Notes: a model not told the origin generated them from the sequence alone. Shown: positions 1 to 8,586, numbered from the stretch's first letter. The stretch: DNA of 32,273 nt from Candidatus Woesearchaeota archaeon (GCA_964565435.1 CAZMEY010000002.1:1-32273); one strand, 5' to 3'. Numbers and translations are program-made.

Positions 1-402
1 TCTCAAATATATAGGAAAGAAGAATTTCACCCAATCATTTTTTCTCCAAGTGCCTTTGTAATCAAGCTCTAAAAAATATTTTATTTTGAAAATTCCCATG
101 ACTGTGTCGCCTGCTATCCTGAAAGCGTTGGGTGAAAAAACAAATTTTATTCTCGCAAAGTTGTCAATGTTTTTGTAAGCAAGCCAATCCCAATACATTG
201 AAGTGACATCCACTGCAGTATCAATTTTGTGGAACTTGGTTTCAACGCATTTTAAGCCCCATTTCTCTATTAAGTCGTTGTAGAAATTTGTATACATATC
301 GCCTATTTTCATGATGCTTCCCTTGTTTTTCACTCCGAAAGTGTTGATTTCTATGCTTATAGGGTCATCTTTGGCGTCTTCAACCATTTGCTTGAAATTC
401 AT
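1..402 (-). CDS. hypothetical protein, 3' end cut by the window edge
   Basis: ATG at 402 on the minus strand; the frame stays open to base 1 (134 codons, MNFKQMVEDAKDDPISIEINTFGVKNKG...). It is absent from the ORF track because there is no stop in the window. No family recognised. Confidence 0.5.
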   Translation of the reverse strand, partial: MNFKQMVEDAKDDPISIEINTFGVKNKGSIMKIGDMYTNFYNDLIEKWGLKCVETKFHKIDTAVDVTSMYWDWLAYKNIDNFARIKFVFSPNAFRIAGDTVMGIFKIKYFLELDYKGTWRKNDWVKFFFPIYLR

Positions 403-426
403 GAATATTAATGACTCATTATTTAA

Positions 427-434
427 TTATAAAA
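427..434 (-). promoter_or_regulatory. TATA-like box for the 1..402 gene
   Basis: The minus strand reads ttttataa, ending 25 nt upstream of ATG 402. The same spacing is seen at most first genes in the window. Confidence 0.4.
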
Positions 435-447
435 GTTATGAAATAAT

Positions 448-522
448 TGACCCGTATGGGATTTGAACCCACGGCCTACTGCTTAGAAGGCAGTCGCTCT
501 ATCCAAGCTGAGCTAACGGGCC
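448..522 (-). tRNA. tRNA-Arg (anticodon TCT)
   Basis: The reverse complement folds as a cloverleaf: acceptor GGCCCGT/ACGGGTC, D arm GCTC-AGCTTGGATA-GAGC, anticodon arm ACTGC-CTTCTAA-GCAGT, variable AGGCC, T arm GTGGG-TTCAAAT-CCCAT, discriminator A. It is 75 nt with no intron and no encoded CCA. Confidence 0.9.
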
Positions 523-548
523 AATAGTAATTCTTAGATTACTATTTA

Positions 549-557
549 TTTTTAAAA
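549..557 (-). promoter_or_regulatory. TATA-like box for tRNA-Arg
   Basis: The minus strand reads ttttaaaaa, about 27 nt upstream of the tRNA 5' end at 522. Confidence 0.4.
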
Positions 558-563
558 GTAATG

Positions 564-571
564 TTTTAAAA
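564..571 (+). promoter_or_regulatory. TATA-like box for the ACD beta gene
   Basis: ttttaaaa ends 26 nt upstream of ATG 597. Confidence 0.45.
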
Positions 572-596
572 ATAATCAATAATTCTTTAATTAATT

Positions 597-1211
597 ATGT
601 TGAATTTGGCTGATTCGTTAAGGCTTATGAAAACCAGGGGGTTTAGCTTGGCAGAGTTCTATGAATGCTCCGATAAATCAAGCTTATTATCTGCTTTTGA
701 TAGGATGCAAAAGCCTGTTGTTTTGAAAATCAGCAGCGATGAGCATTCCCACAAGACTGATGTTGGCGGGCTGGTTTTGAATATTAATGATAAAAAGGAA
801 TTATTGGCTGCTTATTCCAATCTTAAAAAATTGTCAAAAAATCTTGTGATTCAAGAGCAAAAAAAAGGCATTGAATTGATTATAGGCGTCCATAATGATT
901 CATCTTTCGGCAAAATGGTTATGCTTGGCATTGGAGGAATCTTTGTGGAACTGGTCAAGGATGCAAGCTTTAGGAAAGCGCCTATAACGAAAAAAGACGC
1001 CTTTGATATGATTGATGAATTGAAATTCAAAAAAATGCTTGAAGGATTTAGGGGCAACCCTTCAATTGACAAGGATTTATTGGCGGATTTATTGGTAAAA
1101 ATTGGCAATTTGATTATCAAGGAAAAAATTATTGAGATGGATTTGAATCCTGTAATATTTTGCGAAAAGGATTATTATATTGTTGATGCGAGAATCAAGT
1201 TGTCCGATTAA
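597..1211 (+). CDS. acdB: ADP-forming acetyl-CoA synthetase, beta (ATP-grasp) subunit
   Basis: 204 aa. Contains SSDEHSHKTDVGGL (the SxDIxHKSDxGGV-type motif with the conserved His) and the C-terminal EMDLNPV motif typical of ACD/NDP-forming acyl-CoA synthetase beta domains. Confidence 0.7.
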   Translation: MLNLADSLRLMKTRGFSLAEFYECSDKSSLLSAFDRMQKPVVLKISSDEHSHKTDVGGLVLNINDKKELLAAYSNLKKLSKNLVIQEQKKGIELIIGVHNDSSFGKMVMLGIGGIFVELVKDASFRKAPITKKDAFDMIDELKFKKMLEGFRGNPSIDKDLLADLLVKIGNLIIKEKIIEMDLNPVIFCEKDYYIVDARIKLSD

Positions 1212-2545
1212 AATATTTTTCCTATTGCTTTGGCAAAAAAGTAAGGCTCTTCAAAATTGATGATGCCGTTTTTTTCAAGCAATTCCAATGATTTATTGAC
1301 TCTTTCCCCTCCAACAAGGCATGAAAAAACAGCTTTGCCAGAGTTATTTTTTTTGTAATCAATCAATGCCTTAACGCTTTTTTCAACCTCAGTGTTGCTC
1401 TGGGGAGTTAAGATGAATAATAATACATCATAGAAGCTTTTTTTGGATAATGTTTTCAGGCTTTCATCATACCTTTGGGCCAACGCATCCCCCAAGACAT
1501 CTATTGGATTGCTCTTGCTCCAATGATTGGGCAGTATCTTTGAAAGGCTGTTTTCAATATTTTTTGGCAGGATTTCAATAATTAATCCGTTGCTTTCGCA
1601 GGCATCGCTTGATAATACTCCCATTCCTCCGGCATTGGTGATTATGCAAACCCTTTTTCCTTTAGGCATTCCGTTAATGCTTAAATGCTTGGCTAGGCTA
1701 AACATTTCAGAAAGATTGCTTACACTTATTATTCCAAATTGCTTAAAAATACTTTCGTAAATCTTAATGTCCCCTGCGAGGCTTCCTGTATGGCTTGAAA
1801 TCGCTTTTGCGGCTGTGCTGGTAATGCCTGCTTTTAGGGCAATTATTGGCTTTTTGCATCTTTTGACTGCATTCACGAAATTTTCCCCTTTTTGTATTCC
1901 TTCAGCGTAGATGCAGATTACTTTAGTGTCTGAATCATTGCTTAAATAATTAATATAATCTGAGAAATCAGTATTGAGCATGTTTCCAACGCTTATGAAT
2001 TTGCTGAAGCCTATTGAGTCAGTGAATGATTTGTCAAGCATTGCAACCCCTATTGCGCCTGACTGGGAAATGAATGAGATTCCTCCTTTTTTTATTTTTC
2101 CCTTGTAAAAGCTTGCATTCAAGCCATTGATTGAATCAATGAATCCCAAGCAATTAGGCCCCAAAATTTTTATCTTGTATTTTTTTGAAATATCCAATAA
2201 TTCATTGTCCAAATCTTTTTTTCCCATTTCGCCGAATCCTGCGCTGATTATTATTGCATTTTTTATTTTTTTTTCTCCGCAGTCAATCAATGCTTGGGGT
2301 GCAAATTTTGCCGGAATGACTATTATTGCCAAATCTATAGCTCCAGAATAATCAGTGATTTTTTCATAAACCTTGTCTTTGCCAATGAATCCCTTGCTTA
2401 TATTTACAGGGATTATCTTTATTTTTGATCCTTTAAGATTGTTATAGATATCATTTCCTATTTTACCTTTCTTGTTGCTTGCGCCTATAAGTGCAATTGT
2501 TTTTGGCTTGAAAAATCCCTGCATAATATTTTTATGAATTATCAA
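1208..2545 (-). CDS. acdA: ADP-forming acetyl-CoA synthetase, alpha (CoA-binding / CoA-ligase) subunit
   Basis: 445 aa. N-terminal CoA-binding Rossmann motif (KTIALIGASNKKGKIGN...IIPVN), PNCLG, SQSGA, and the phospho-His loop AISSHTGSLAG typical of ACD alpha and succinyl-CoA synthetase alpha-like proteins. Confidence 0.8.
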   Translation of the reverse strand: MIIHKNIMQGFFKPKTIALIGASNKKGKIGNDIYNNLKGSKIKIIPVNISKGFIGKDKVYEKITDYSGAIDLAIIVIPAKFAPQALIDCGEKKIKNAIIISAGFGEMGKKDLDNELLDISKKYKIKILGPNCLGFIDSINGLNASFYKGKIKKGGISFISQSGAIGVAMLDKSFTDSIGFSKFISVGNMLNTDFSDYINYLSNDSDTKVICIYAEGIQKGENFVNAVKRCKKPIIALKAGITSTAAKAISSHTGSLAGDIKIYESIFKQFGIISVSNLSEMFSLAKHLSINGMPKGKRVCIITNAGGMGVLSSDACESNGLIIEILPKNIENSLSKILPNHWSKSNPIDVLGDALAQRYDESLKTLSKKSFYDVLLFILTPQSNTEVEKSVKALIDYKKNNSGKAVFSCLVGGERVNKSLELLEKNGIINFEEPYFFAKAIGKIF

Positions 2546-2559
2546 TATTTTATAAACTT

Positions 2560-2721
2560 TTAAAGGCCTAAGGGGTTGATTAGGTTGAATAAGATTACCA
2601 AGACCACAACTATTCCTGTTGCAATCATTACCTGCATTGGAGTTAGTGAAAACTTTGTTTTTGAATCCTCAAAGTATTGGACTATTCCTCCTGAGCTTGA
2701 AGGCAATTTAGAGCTAGCCAT
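2560..2721 (-). CDS. secG: preprotein translocase subunit Sec61beta/SecG (mini-ORF missing from the ORF track)
   Basis: 53 aa: MASSKLPSSSGGIVQYFEDSKTKFSLTPMQVMIATGIVVVLVILFNLINPLGL. It has the S-rich N-terminus, a GG-I-x-x-Y-F-E/D motif and a single C-terminal TM helix characteristic of archaeal Sec61beta, plus its own TATA-like box. Confidence 0.6.
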   Translation of the reverse strand: MASSKLPSSSGGIVQYFEDSKTKFSLTPMQVMIATGIVVVLVILFNLINPLGL

Positions 2722-2743
2722 GAATTATCTCTAAATAGTTTTG

Positions 2744-2752
2744 ATTTAAAAA
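2744..2752 (-). promoter_or_regulatory. TATA-like box for secG
   Basis: The minus strand reads tttttaaat, ending 23 nt upstream of ATG 2721. Confidence 0.4.
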
Positions 2753-2755
2753 GCT

Positions 2756-2763
2756 TTTTAAAA
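2756..2763 (+). promoter_or_regulatory. TATA-like box for the 2786 gene
   Basis: ttttaaaa ends 23 nt upstream of ATG 2786, back to back with the secG box. Confidence 0.4.
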
Positions 2764-2785
2764 AGAAAATTTCCATTGGATTTTT

Positions 2786-3436
2786 ATGAAGGAATTCAAT
2801 GGCAGCATGGAAGATTTTATGTCATTCCTTAATGGGGGCAAAACCAGCCATGATAGTGATGGATTAGAGTTTTTGATAGAGTGCGGGCAAAAGATTGAAA
2901 AATTGTCCAATACAAATTATGCTAAAGCTAATCCCTATATTGAAGCTTACCTTAATGCAATAAATTATATAAAAAATATCTATGAAAACCCCACTTTGGA
3001 TAATATTAAAGAGAATTATGGCAATCTAAAAAATTTAATTGAACAATATGAAAATATTAATTTAAAGAATGCTGCAAAAAAAGTGATTGCTTATGCTGAT
3101 AACTTTAAAGATGAAGCTAAAATGCTTAAAGAAGAGCTTTTTTGGCCTGCTGCTTCAAATATTAGCCATTCATTTGATAGTGAAGCAGATAGATTGCTTA
3201 AAGGAGCTCTTTATCATTCAATCTTTGACCAGGTTAATCAGTTATTTGATATAGGTACTTTTGGGTGCGTGCTTAATGATGCCTTGAATGCTTTTCCTTC
3301 AAGGCAAATAGATGTTATTGAAGAGCTTTCAAGGTTTAAAGGAAGGCTTGATTTTATTAAAGGGGAGATAATTTGCGCGCAAGCCAATGAATATTGCGTG
3401 GATTATGCTTTTATTGAAGACGAGCTGGAAGAATAG
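2786..3436 (+). CDS. hypothetical protein (helical, N/K/E-rich)
   Basis: 216-aa ORF with a TATA box at the canonical spacing. No family recognised. There is a weak resemblance of NPTLDNIKENYGNLKN to the repeat modules of the 667-aa protein at 6564..8567. Confidence 0.55.
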   Translation: MKEFNGSMEDFMSFLNGGKTSHDSDGLEFLIECGQKIEKLSNTNYAKANPYIEAYLNAINYIKNIYENPTLDNIKENYGNLKNLIEQYENINLKNAAKKVIAYADNFKDEAKMLKEELFWPAASNISHSFDSEADRLLKGALYHSIFDQVNQLFDIGTFGCVLNDALNAFPSRQIDVIEELSRFKGRLDFIKGEIICAQANEYCVDYAFIEDELEE

Positions 3437-3443
3437 GAAAAGT

Positions 3444-3451
3444 TTTTAAAA
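3444..3451 (+). promoter_or_regulatory. TATA-like box for the S19e operon
   Basis: ttttaaaa preceded by purine-rich ggaaaag (BRE-like), ending 24 nt upstream of ATG 3475. Confidence 0.5.
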
Positions 3452-3474
3452 TCATAATAGTTTTTTGAGTTAAT

Positions 3475-3903
3475 ATGGTTAATGTACTTGATGCTGATGC
3501 GAATGCATTTGTCAGCGCGTTAAAAGAGGAATTGAAAGCTTATCCTAAGATAGTTGCCCCTGAATGGGCAAAATTTGTCAAAACCTCTGTGAGCAAGGAA
3601 AGGGTTCCAACTCAGCCTGATTTTTGGCATATAAGGACTGCCAGCATTTTAAGGTATATTTACATTCATGGCCCAAGAGGGGTTTCAAGGTTAAGGACTA
3701 AATATGGCTCAAGGAAAAATAGGGGGGCAAAACAAGAAAGGACTTTCAAAGGCTCAGGAAAAATAATAAGGGTTATTTTGCAGCAATTGGAAGGCGAGGA
3801 ATTCTTAAAGCAGGTTATGAGAGGAAAAAGGAAAGGCAGGGAATTAACTCCTAAAGCTGTTAAATTAATGGATAATGTTGCTTATAAGGTGGCTAAGAAA
3901 TGA
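3475..3903 (+). CDS. rps19e: 30S ribosomal protein S19e (eS19)
   Basis: 142 aa. PEWAKFVKTSVSKERVPTQPDFWHIRTASILRYIYIHGPRGVSRLRTKYGSRKNRG closely matches the archaeal S19e consensus. Confidence 0.88.
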   Translation: MVNVLDADANAFVSALKEELKAYPKIVAPEWAKFVKTSVSKERVPTQPDFWHIRTASILRYIYIHGPRGVSRLRTKYGSRKNRGAKQERTFKGSGKIIRVILQQLEGEEFLKQVMRGKRKGRELTPKAVKLMDNVAYKVAKK

Positions 3904-4088
3904 CTAGGAATAAGGTTGGAGCATTGAAAGTAAGGCTTACTGCAGCCAAATCAAAGAATAGGGTTGCACCTAGATGGATAATTGTTAAGAAATACGGATT
4001 AAAGAGGGGAGTGCATGTTAGCAGCTGGACTCTTAACCCTAAGATGAGAAGGAATTGGAGAAGATCCAAGATAGGAATAAACAAGTGA
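3900..4088 (+). CDS. rpl39e: 50S ribosomal protein L39e (eL39)
   Basis: 62 aa and basic. KVRLTAAKSKNRVAPRWIIVKK...RRNWRRSK matches the L39e pattern. ATGA overlap with the S19e stop. Confidence 0.75.
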   Translation: MTRNKVGALKVRLTAAKSKNRVAPRWIIVKKYGLKRGVHVSSWTLNPKMRRNWRRSKIGINK

Positions 4089-4095
4089 TGATAAT

Positions 4096-4497
4096 ATGAA
4101 AGAGTTTGAAGTAAGAAAATACAATATAAACCTTAGAAAGGATGGCTTGAAAGCCCCTAAAACAGAGAGAAGCAAAAGGGCTGTGGTGACTATTAAAAAA
4201 TTTGTTGAAAAAAACACCAGGGCTAAAAGAGGGGATGTATTGATTGGTGAAGAGCTTAATAATTATTTATGGGAAAAAGGCATTAAAAACACTCCTGGAA
4301 AAGTCAGCGTTTTTGTGCAGAAATTAAAAAGCAATAAGGTCTTTGTCAATTTGGAAGGAAAGCCTTTGAAGATTGAAGCTGAGCCAAAAAAAGCCGATGC
4401 TAAAAAAGACAAAAAATCATTGGAAGAAATAGCCGATGAATCCAAAAAAGCTGAAACCATTGATTCTGAGAATGCAAAGGAAAAGCCTAAAAAGTAA
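4096..4497 (+). CDS. rpl31e: 50S ribosomal protein L31e (eL31) with a K/E/A-rich C-terminal tail
   Basis: 133 aa. YNINLRKD..APKTERSKRAVVTIKKFVEKNT...IGEELNNYLWEKGIKNTPGKVSV matches L31e. The last 45 aa or so are low-complexity KKADAKKDKK. Confidence 0.8.
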   Translation: MKEFEVRKYNINLRKDGLKAPKTERSKRAVVTIKKFVEKNTRAKRGDVLIGEELNNYLWEKGIKNTPGKVSVFVQKLKSNKVFVNLEGKPLKIEAEPKKADAKKDKKSLEEIADESKKAETIDSENAKEKPKK

Positions 4498-4517
4498 TAA
4501 TTAATTAGTTTATTATC

Positions 4518-5168
4518 ATGCAATTAATAAATTTTTTCGGAAACCCCAATATTGGATTATTTTTTTATTCTACTGATAGTTATACAATAGTCCCTAAAGT
4601 GATTGAGGATAGAACAGCCAAAATAATAGAGGATGAATTGAAAACCCAATTAATAAAGGTTGATGTAATGGGTTCAAGTGTTAACGCAATATTTCTTGCA
4701 GGAAATGAAAAAATCATTCTTGCGCCCAAGGGAATCAGCAATGAATCAATAAATGAATTGAAAAAAACGGGGCTCAAGATTGAAATCATTGACACAACAT
4801 TCAATGCTATTGGCAATAATATTGCAATCTATAAAAACAAGGCAATAGTGAACCCTGATTTGGAAGAATCAGCCATTAAGCAGTTGGAAAAATTGGGATT
4901 TGAAATCCTTAAAACAAGGATTGCAGGGGTTGAAACAGTTGGGGCAAATTTGGTATTATTCAAAAAAAAGGGTTTAATCAATGCCAAAGCCAAAGAGTCG
5001 GAGATTAAAAAAATCAGCGAATTCTTAGGGATAGAGCTTGAGCTTGGCACTGTCAGCGGAGGAAGCCCAATAATCAAGGCAGGGTTTGCAAAGAACTCCA
5101 AAGGGATACTTGTATCTGAGCAGATGACTGGAGCAGAGATACTTATGCTAGAGGATTTGATGAAATGA
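4518..5168 (+). CDS. eif6: translation initiation factor 6 (aIF6)
   Basis: 216 aa. N-terminal FGNPNIGLFFYSTDSYTIVP and repeated pentein-like segments. Conserved position after L31e. Confidence 0.85.
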   Translation: MQLINFFGNPNIGLFFYSTDSYTIVPKVIEDRTAKIIEDELKTQLIKVDVMGSSVNAIFLAGNEKIILAPKGISNESINELKKTGLKIEIIDTTFNAIGNNIAIYKNKAIVNPDLEESAIKQLEKLGFEILKTRIAGVETVGANLVLFKKKGLINAKAKESEIKKISEFLGIELELGTVSGGSPIIKAGFAKNSKGILVSEQMTGAEILMLEDLMK

Positions 5169-5659
5169 GCGAGGATTTAAGGGAAAAAATTGAGGAAAAA
5201 TCAGCTGAGTTCGAGATGCTTAGAAGGGATTTGGAGACAATTGACGCTCAAAACTCTGAAATAAGCTCAAGATTATCGCAATTCAAATCAGCTGTTGAAA
5301 TAATTAGCCAGGTAAAAAAAGCTGTTCCCGGACAAGATGTAATACTTCCAATAAGTGAGGGATTAATGATTAAGGTGCAGATAAAAGACCCTAAAAGCGC
5401 ATTAATAGGTGTTGGAAACAATATAGTAATACAGAAAAACTCAGAGGATTGCGAGAAATACATTAAGGAAAGGATTGACGAAGCGGATAATCTTTTAAGC
5501 CAATTGGATGCCCAAGCCTCAAATACGACCACTAAATTAAGGAAGCTTGAATCTGAGCTGCTTATGCTTACATCAAAAGAGACTGAAAAAAGGCAATTGG
5601 AAGAGGAAGAATTGGACAAAAAAATTGCAGAGCAGGAAAAAAAGAATAAAAAGGAGTGA
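5165..5659 (+). CDS. pfdA: prefoldin alpha subunit
   Basis: 164 aa with coiled coil - beta hairpins (VILPISEGLMIKVQIKD..ALIGVGNNIVIQK) - coiled coil. Conserved position between aIF6 and FtsY. Confidence 0.7.
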   Translation: MSEDLREKIEEKSAEFEMLRRDLETIDAQNSEISSRLSQFKSAVEIISQVKKAVPGQDVILPISEGLMIKVQIKDPKSALIGVGNNIVIQKNSEDCEKYIKERIDEADNLLSQLDAQASNTTTKLRKLESELLMLTSKETEKRQLEEEELDKKIAEQEKKNKKE

Positions 5660-6567
5660 ACAGGGCATTGTTTGAATTCTTCAAAAAAAAGCTCAATGAA
5701 ACAATCACTAATGTGAAAAAAGCCTTCACTGAAAAAATATTGAGCGAAAAGGATTTTGAAAAGATATTCTTTGAAATAGAGCTGGGGCTTATCCAAAGCA
5801 ATGTAAGCTCTAAAGTCGCTGACAAAATAAAGCAGGAATTAAAAAATGACTTGGTTGGAAAAAGCGTAAGCAAGGATTTGAAAAAAGCAATAACTGAATC
5901 ACTTAAAAATGCATTGACACAAATACTTGAAGAGGTTGATTATGCTGAATTAATCAATAATATTAAATCTAAAAAGCCTTACATAATAATGATTATAGGA
6001 GTTAATGGCTCGGGAAAAACAACTACAATCGCCAAATTGGCGAATTATTTCAAGAATAAAAATTTGTCGCCAATATTGGCTGCTTGCGACACTTTCAGGG
6101 CTGCAAGCATTGAGCAATTGAAAACCCATGCGGACAAATTGGGCATAAAATTAATAAGCTCGGATTACGGGGCAGACGCCACAAGCATAGCGTTTGACGC
6201 CAAAAAGCATGCAGAAAAAAACTGCTCAGATGTGCTTATAATTGACACTGCTGGAAGGCTGCAGTCCAACTCCAACTTAATGGAGGAGTTAAAAAAAATG
6301 AAGAGGGTCATAAACCCGGATGCTTGCATCTTCGTTGCTGATTCAATAACTGGCGCAGACGCTGTTGAGCAGGCCGAAAGATTCAATGATGAAATAGGCA
6401 TAGATTATTTGATATTATCAAAAACTGATGTTGACCAAAAAGGCGGTGCAATAATATCAATAAGCTATTCAGTCAAAAAGCCAGTATTATTCCTAGGAGT
6501 GGGGCAGGAATACAAGGACTTAAAAGAGTTCAAAAAAGACGAGATAATTGGGAAATTGCTTATTTAA
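5656..6567 (+). CDS. ftsY: signal recognition particle receptor FtsY
   Basis: 303 aa. SRP-GTPase motifs GVNGSGKTTTIAKLA, DTAGR, TKTD-like SKTDVD and GVGQ. The start is either GTG 5656 (GTGA overlap) or, perhaps better, TTG 5668 (MFEFFKKKL), which lies 11 nt after aaggag. Confidence 0.9.
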   Translation: MNRALFEFFKKKLNETITNVKKAFTEKILSEKDFEKIFFEIELGLIQSNVSSKVADKIKQELKNDLVGKSVSKDLKKAITESLKNALTQILEEVDYAELINNIKSKKPYIIMIIGVNGSGKTTTIAKLANYFKNKNLSPILAACDTFRAASIEQLKTHADKLGIKLISSDYGADATSIAFDAKKHAEKNCSDVLIIDTAGRLQSNSNLMEELKKMKRVINPDACIFVADSITGADAVEQAERFNDEIGIDYLILSKTDVDQKGGAIISISYSVKKPVLFLGVGQEYKDLKEFKKDEIIGKLLI

Positions 6568-8567
6568 TCTTCATCCGATGAAATCTCAACAAAGCTTTTA
6601 GGTTCATAGCTTAAATAAAAAGTGCCTAAATTTTTGCTTTTTGTTTCATATATTATTAATCCGCTGGGAGTTAGATGCCCTTTTGCGTTTGCTTCAAATT
6701 CAACTTCTTCATTATTCTCATTTTTTCCCCCGAATTTTTTATTTTTTATATCTTGAACTTTGAATTCAGGACCTTCAAAGGGCTTTGAAACATATTTAAA
6801 TTCTTCAGCATTAGGCTTGCATATTAAAATATTATCTTTATTCATTATTCCCACTGCATTCACTTCAAAAGAGATTATGTTTTCTAATTTGTCAACTCCT
6901 AAAATTCTTGATTTGGATTCATTTATATGAAAAAGGTATTCTTGGGCTGGCTGTGAGATTTCGGCAGCCTGTTGTTGCGTTTCTAAATCTTTGGCAGGCT
7001 CTTGATTGATATTTTCAGGATTTTGCGGTATTTCTGCAAGCCCTGAATTTTCTTCAGCAGATTGGGAAATTTCATCATTTTGAGGGATTTGAATATTTTT
7101 AAGGGGTTTCCAATTATTTAAGGATTCCTCTAAAAGTGCCAATTTTGATTTTAATTCTTCCTCTTTTGGCACAGCAAGTTTTTGCGCTTCCAATTCCTGA
7201 TCTGGCTGCTCAGCTGATAAATTTTGAATTGCTTTTTTTGCTCCACATTCATCATAAGCACCATGCAGATATTTTTTATATGATGACTTTATTAAACCAT
7301 TAATATTTTGTTCAATATTTTTAATTTCAGGTTCAATTCCATTTTTTTCAATATTCCTTAGAGAATCAACCATAATACAAACCCTTGCAATATCTTGGTA
7401 AGTGGCTTTATTTCCTTTGAATATGAGATTATTATCCTTTCCCAATTCAAAATTTGATTTTTTTAATATTTTTTCTAAATAAGATTTTATTTCCGGCTTG
7501 GAAAAATATTTGTCAAAAATATTTTCATTATTAATTATAAATTCATTTATTCTTTCAAAAATATTTTCATTTTTTATTTCATAATATGGTTTATAATCCT
7601 TATATTGCTCATTCAACGCTTTTTCTTCTTCCTTTTTTTGTTTATTTTTTTCCTTTAATGCTTTTTCTTCTTCCTTCTTTTGATTATTTTTTTCTTTTAT
7701 TTGCTCCAATTTTTCTTTTATTTTTTTATTTTGCTCTATCTGTTTTTCTAATTTTTCTCCCTTTATTTTTTCCTCTTTTTGGTAAACTTGAATAAGCACA
7801 TTGTCAAAATGGGTTTTTACGGATAATTTAAGCTCTGATTCAATATTTTTTTTGCTTGATTCCCTTCCATTTTTCTTAATGTTTTTTAACTTGTTTAAAA
7901 TAATGTATGCTTTTGCCAAATTTTCATGGGTGATATTGCCATTTTTTGCTTTAATGACATTATTTGCTATAATTAAATCCAATGAATCAAAAATATATTC
8001 TAAATACTGTTTAACTTCATTAATATTGAAATATTCACCAAATATTTTGCCGGTTTCATAATTACAATAATTATTTAAATCCTCAATAAAATCTTCTTTT
8101 TTTATAATTTCATTTTTGTTTTTTTTCGCTTTTTTAAGCTCAGAAGAATCAAGCGGATTATTTTTTAATAATTCTTCCAATTGCTCTTTTTTTTCATTTA
8201 ATTCTTTTTCCGCCTCTTTAGAATAAGCCTCTGCAATATAATAATCCAAGGTATTTTCATAAAAATTATTATTTTTTGCTATATTTTCTTTTAATTTATT
8301 TAAAGTTATATTTGGGTTTATCTGCAATTTAACATAGATATTTGCTAATTGGGCAACAGTGCCATAATCTATATCCCCTGCATTGAATTGATAATTTATA
8401 TCCCCTTGGGCATTAATCGCTTCTTCTTTTATGTTTTTTATGTATTCTTTTATGAATTCATATTCCGGATTTTCTTTAAAGCTTGAAAATTTTCTTTTAT
8501 TTAGAGAATACTCTTTCAAATCAATGTCATAAATTATTTTATTTGATTTATTTAAATTTGATTTCAT
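6564..8567 (-). CDS. hypothetical 667-aa protein: three ~90-aa repeat modules, K/E coiled coil, P/Q/E linker, beta-rich C-terminal domain
   Basis: Long ORF with internal homologous modules (aa ~36-120, 176-265, 350-446). No signal peptide or TM seen and no family recognised. Confidence 0.7.
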   Translation of the reverse strand: MKSNLNKSNKIIYDIDLKEYSLNKRKFSSFKENPEYEFIKEYIKNIKEEAINAQGDINYQFNAGDIDYGTVAQLANIYVKLQINPNITLNKLKENIAKNNNFYENTLDYYIAEAYSKEAEKELNEKKEQLEELLKNNPLDSSELKKAKKNKNEIIKKEDFIEDLNNYCNYETGKIFGEYFNINEVKQYLEYIFDSLDLIIANNVIKAKNGNITHENLAKAYIILNKLKNIKKNGRESSKKNIESELKLSVKTHFDNVLIQVYQKEEKIKGEKLEKQIEQNKKIKEKLEQIKEKNNQKKEEEKALKEKNKQKKEEEKALNEQYKDYKPYYEIKNENIFERINEFIINNENIFDKYFSKPEIKSYLEKILKKSNFELGKDNNLIFKGNKATYQDIARVCIMVDSLRNIEKNGIEPEIKNIEQNINGLIKSSYKKYLHGAYDECGAKKAIQNLSAEQPDQELEAQKLAVPKEEELKSKLALLEESLNNWKPLKNIQIPQNDEISQSAEENSGLAEIPQNPENINQEPAKDLETQQQAAEISQPAQEYLFHINESKSRILGVDKLENIISFEVNAVGIMNKDNILICKPNAEEFKYVSKPFEGPEFKVQDIKNKKFGGKNENNEEVEFEANAKGHLTPSGLIIYETKSKNLGTFYLSYEPKSFVEISSDED
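7614..7701. repeat. 2 x 42-bp in-frame tandem repeat
   Basis: gctttttcttcttcc...tttaat occurs twice with a few substitutions. It encodes KEKNNQKKEEEKAL / KEKNKQKKEEEKAL (aa 291-318 of the 667-aa protein). Confidence 0.8.
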
Positions 8568-8586
8568 TTTTTTTCACCAAAATATA

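Noticed and set aside
5248-5873. Long antisense ORFs (182 aa and 101 aa) opposite pfdA/ftsY. Similar ones occur at 851-1120, 13742-14146, 16292-16642, 18785-19105, 20894-21274, 27424-27798, 29549-29890 and 30618-30926.
   Set aside because: Each lies entirely opposite a gene with clear family motifs. Their translations are F/L/S/I-rich low-complexity sequence, as expected from reading K/E/N-rich AT-biased codons backwards. None has a TATA box at the canonical spacing.
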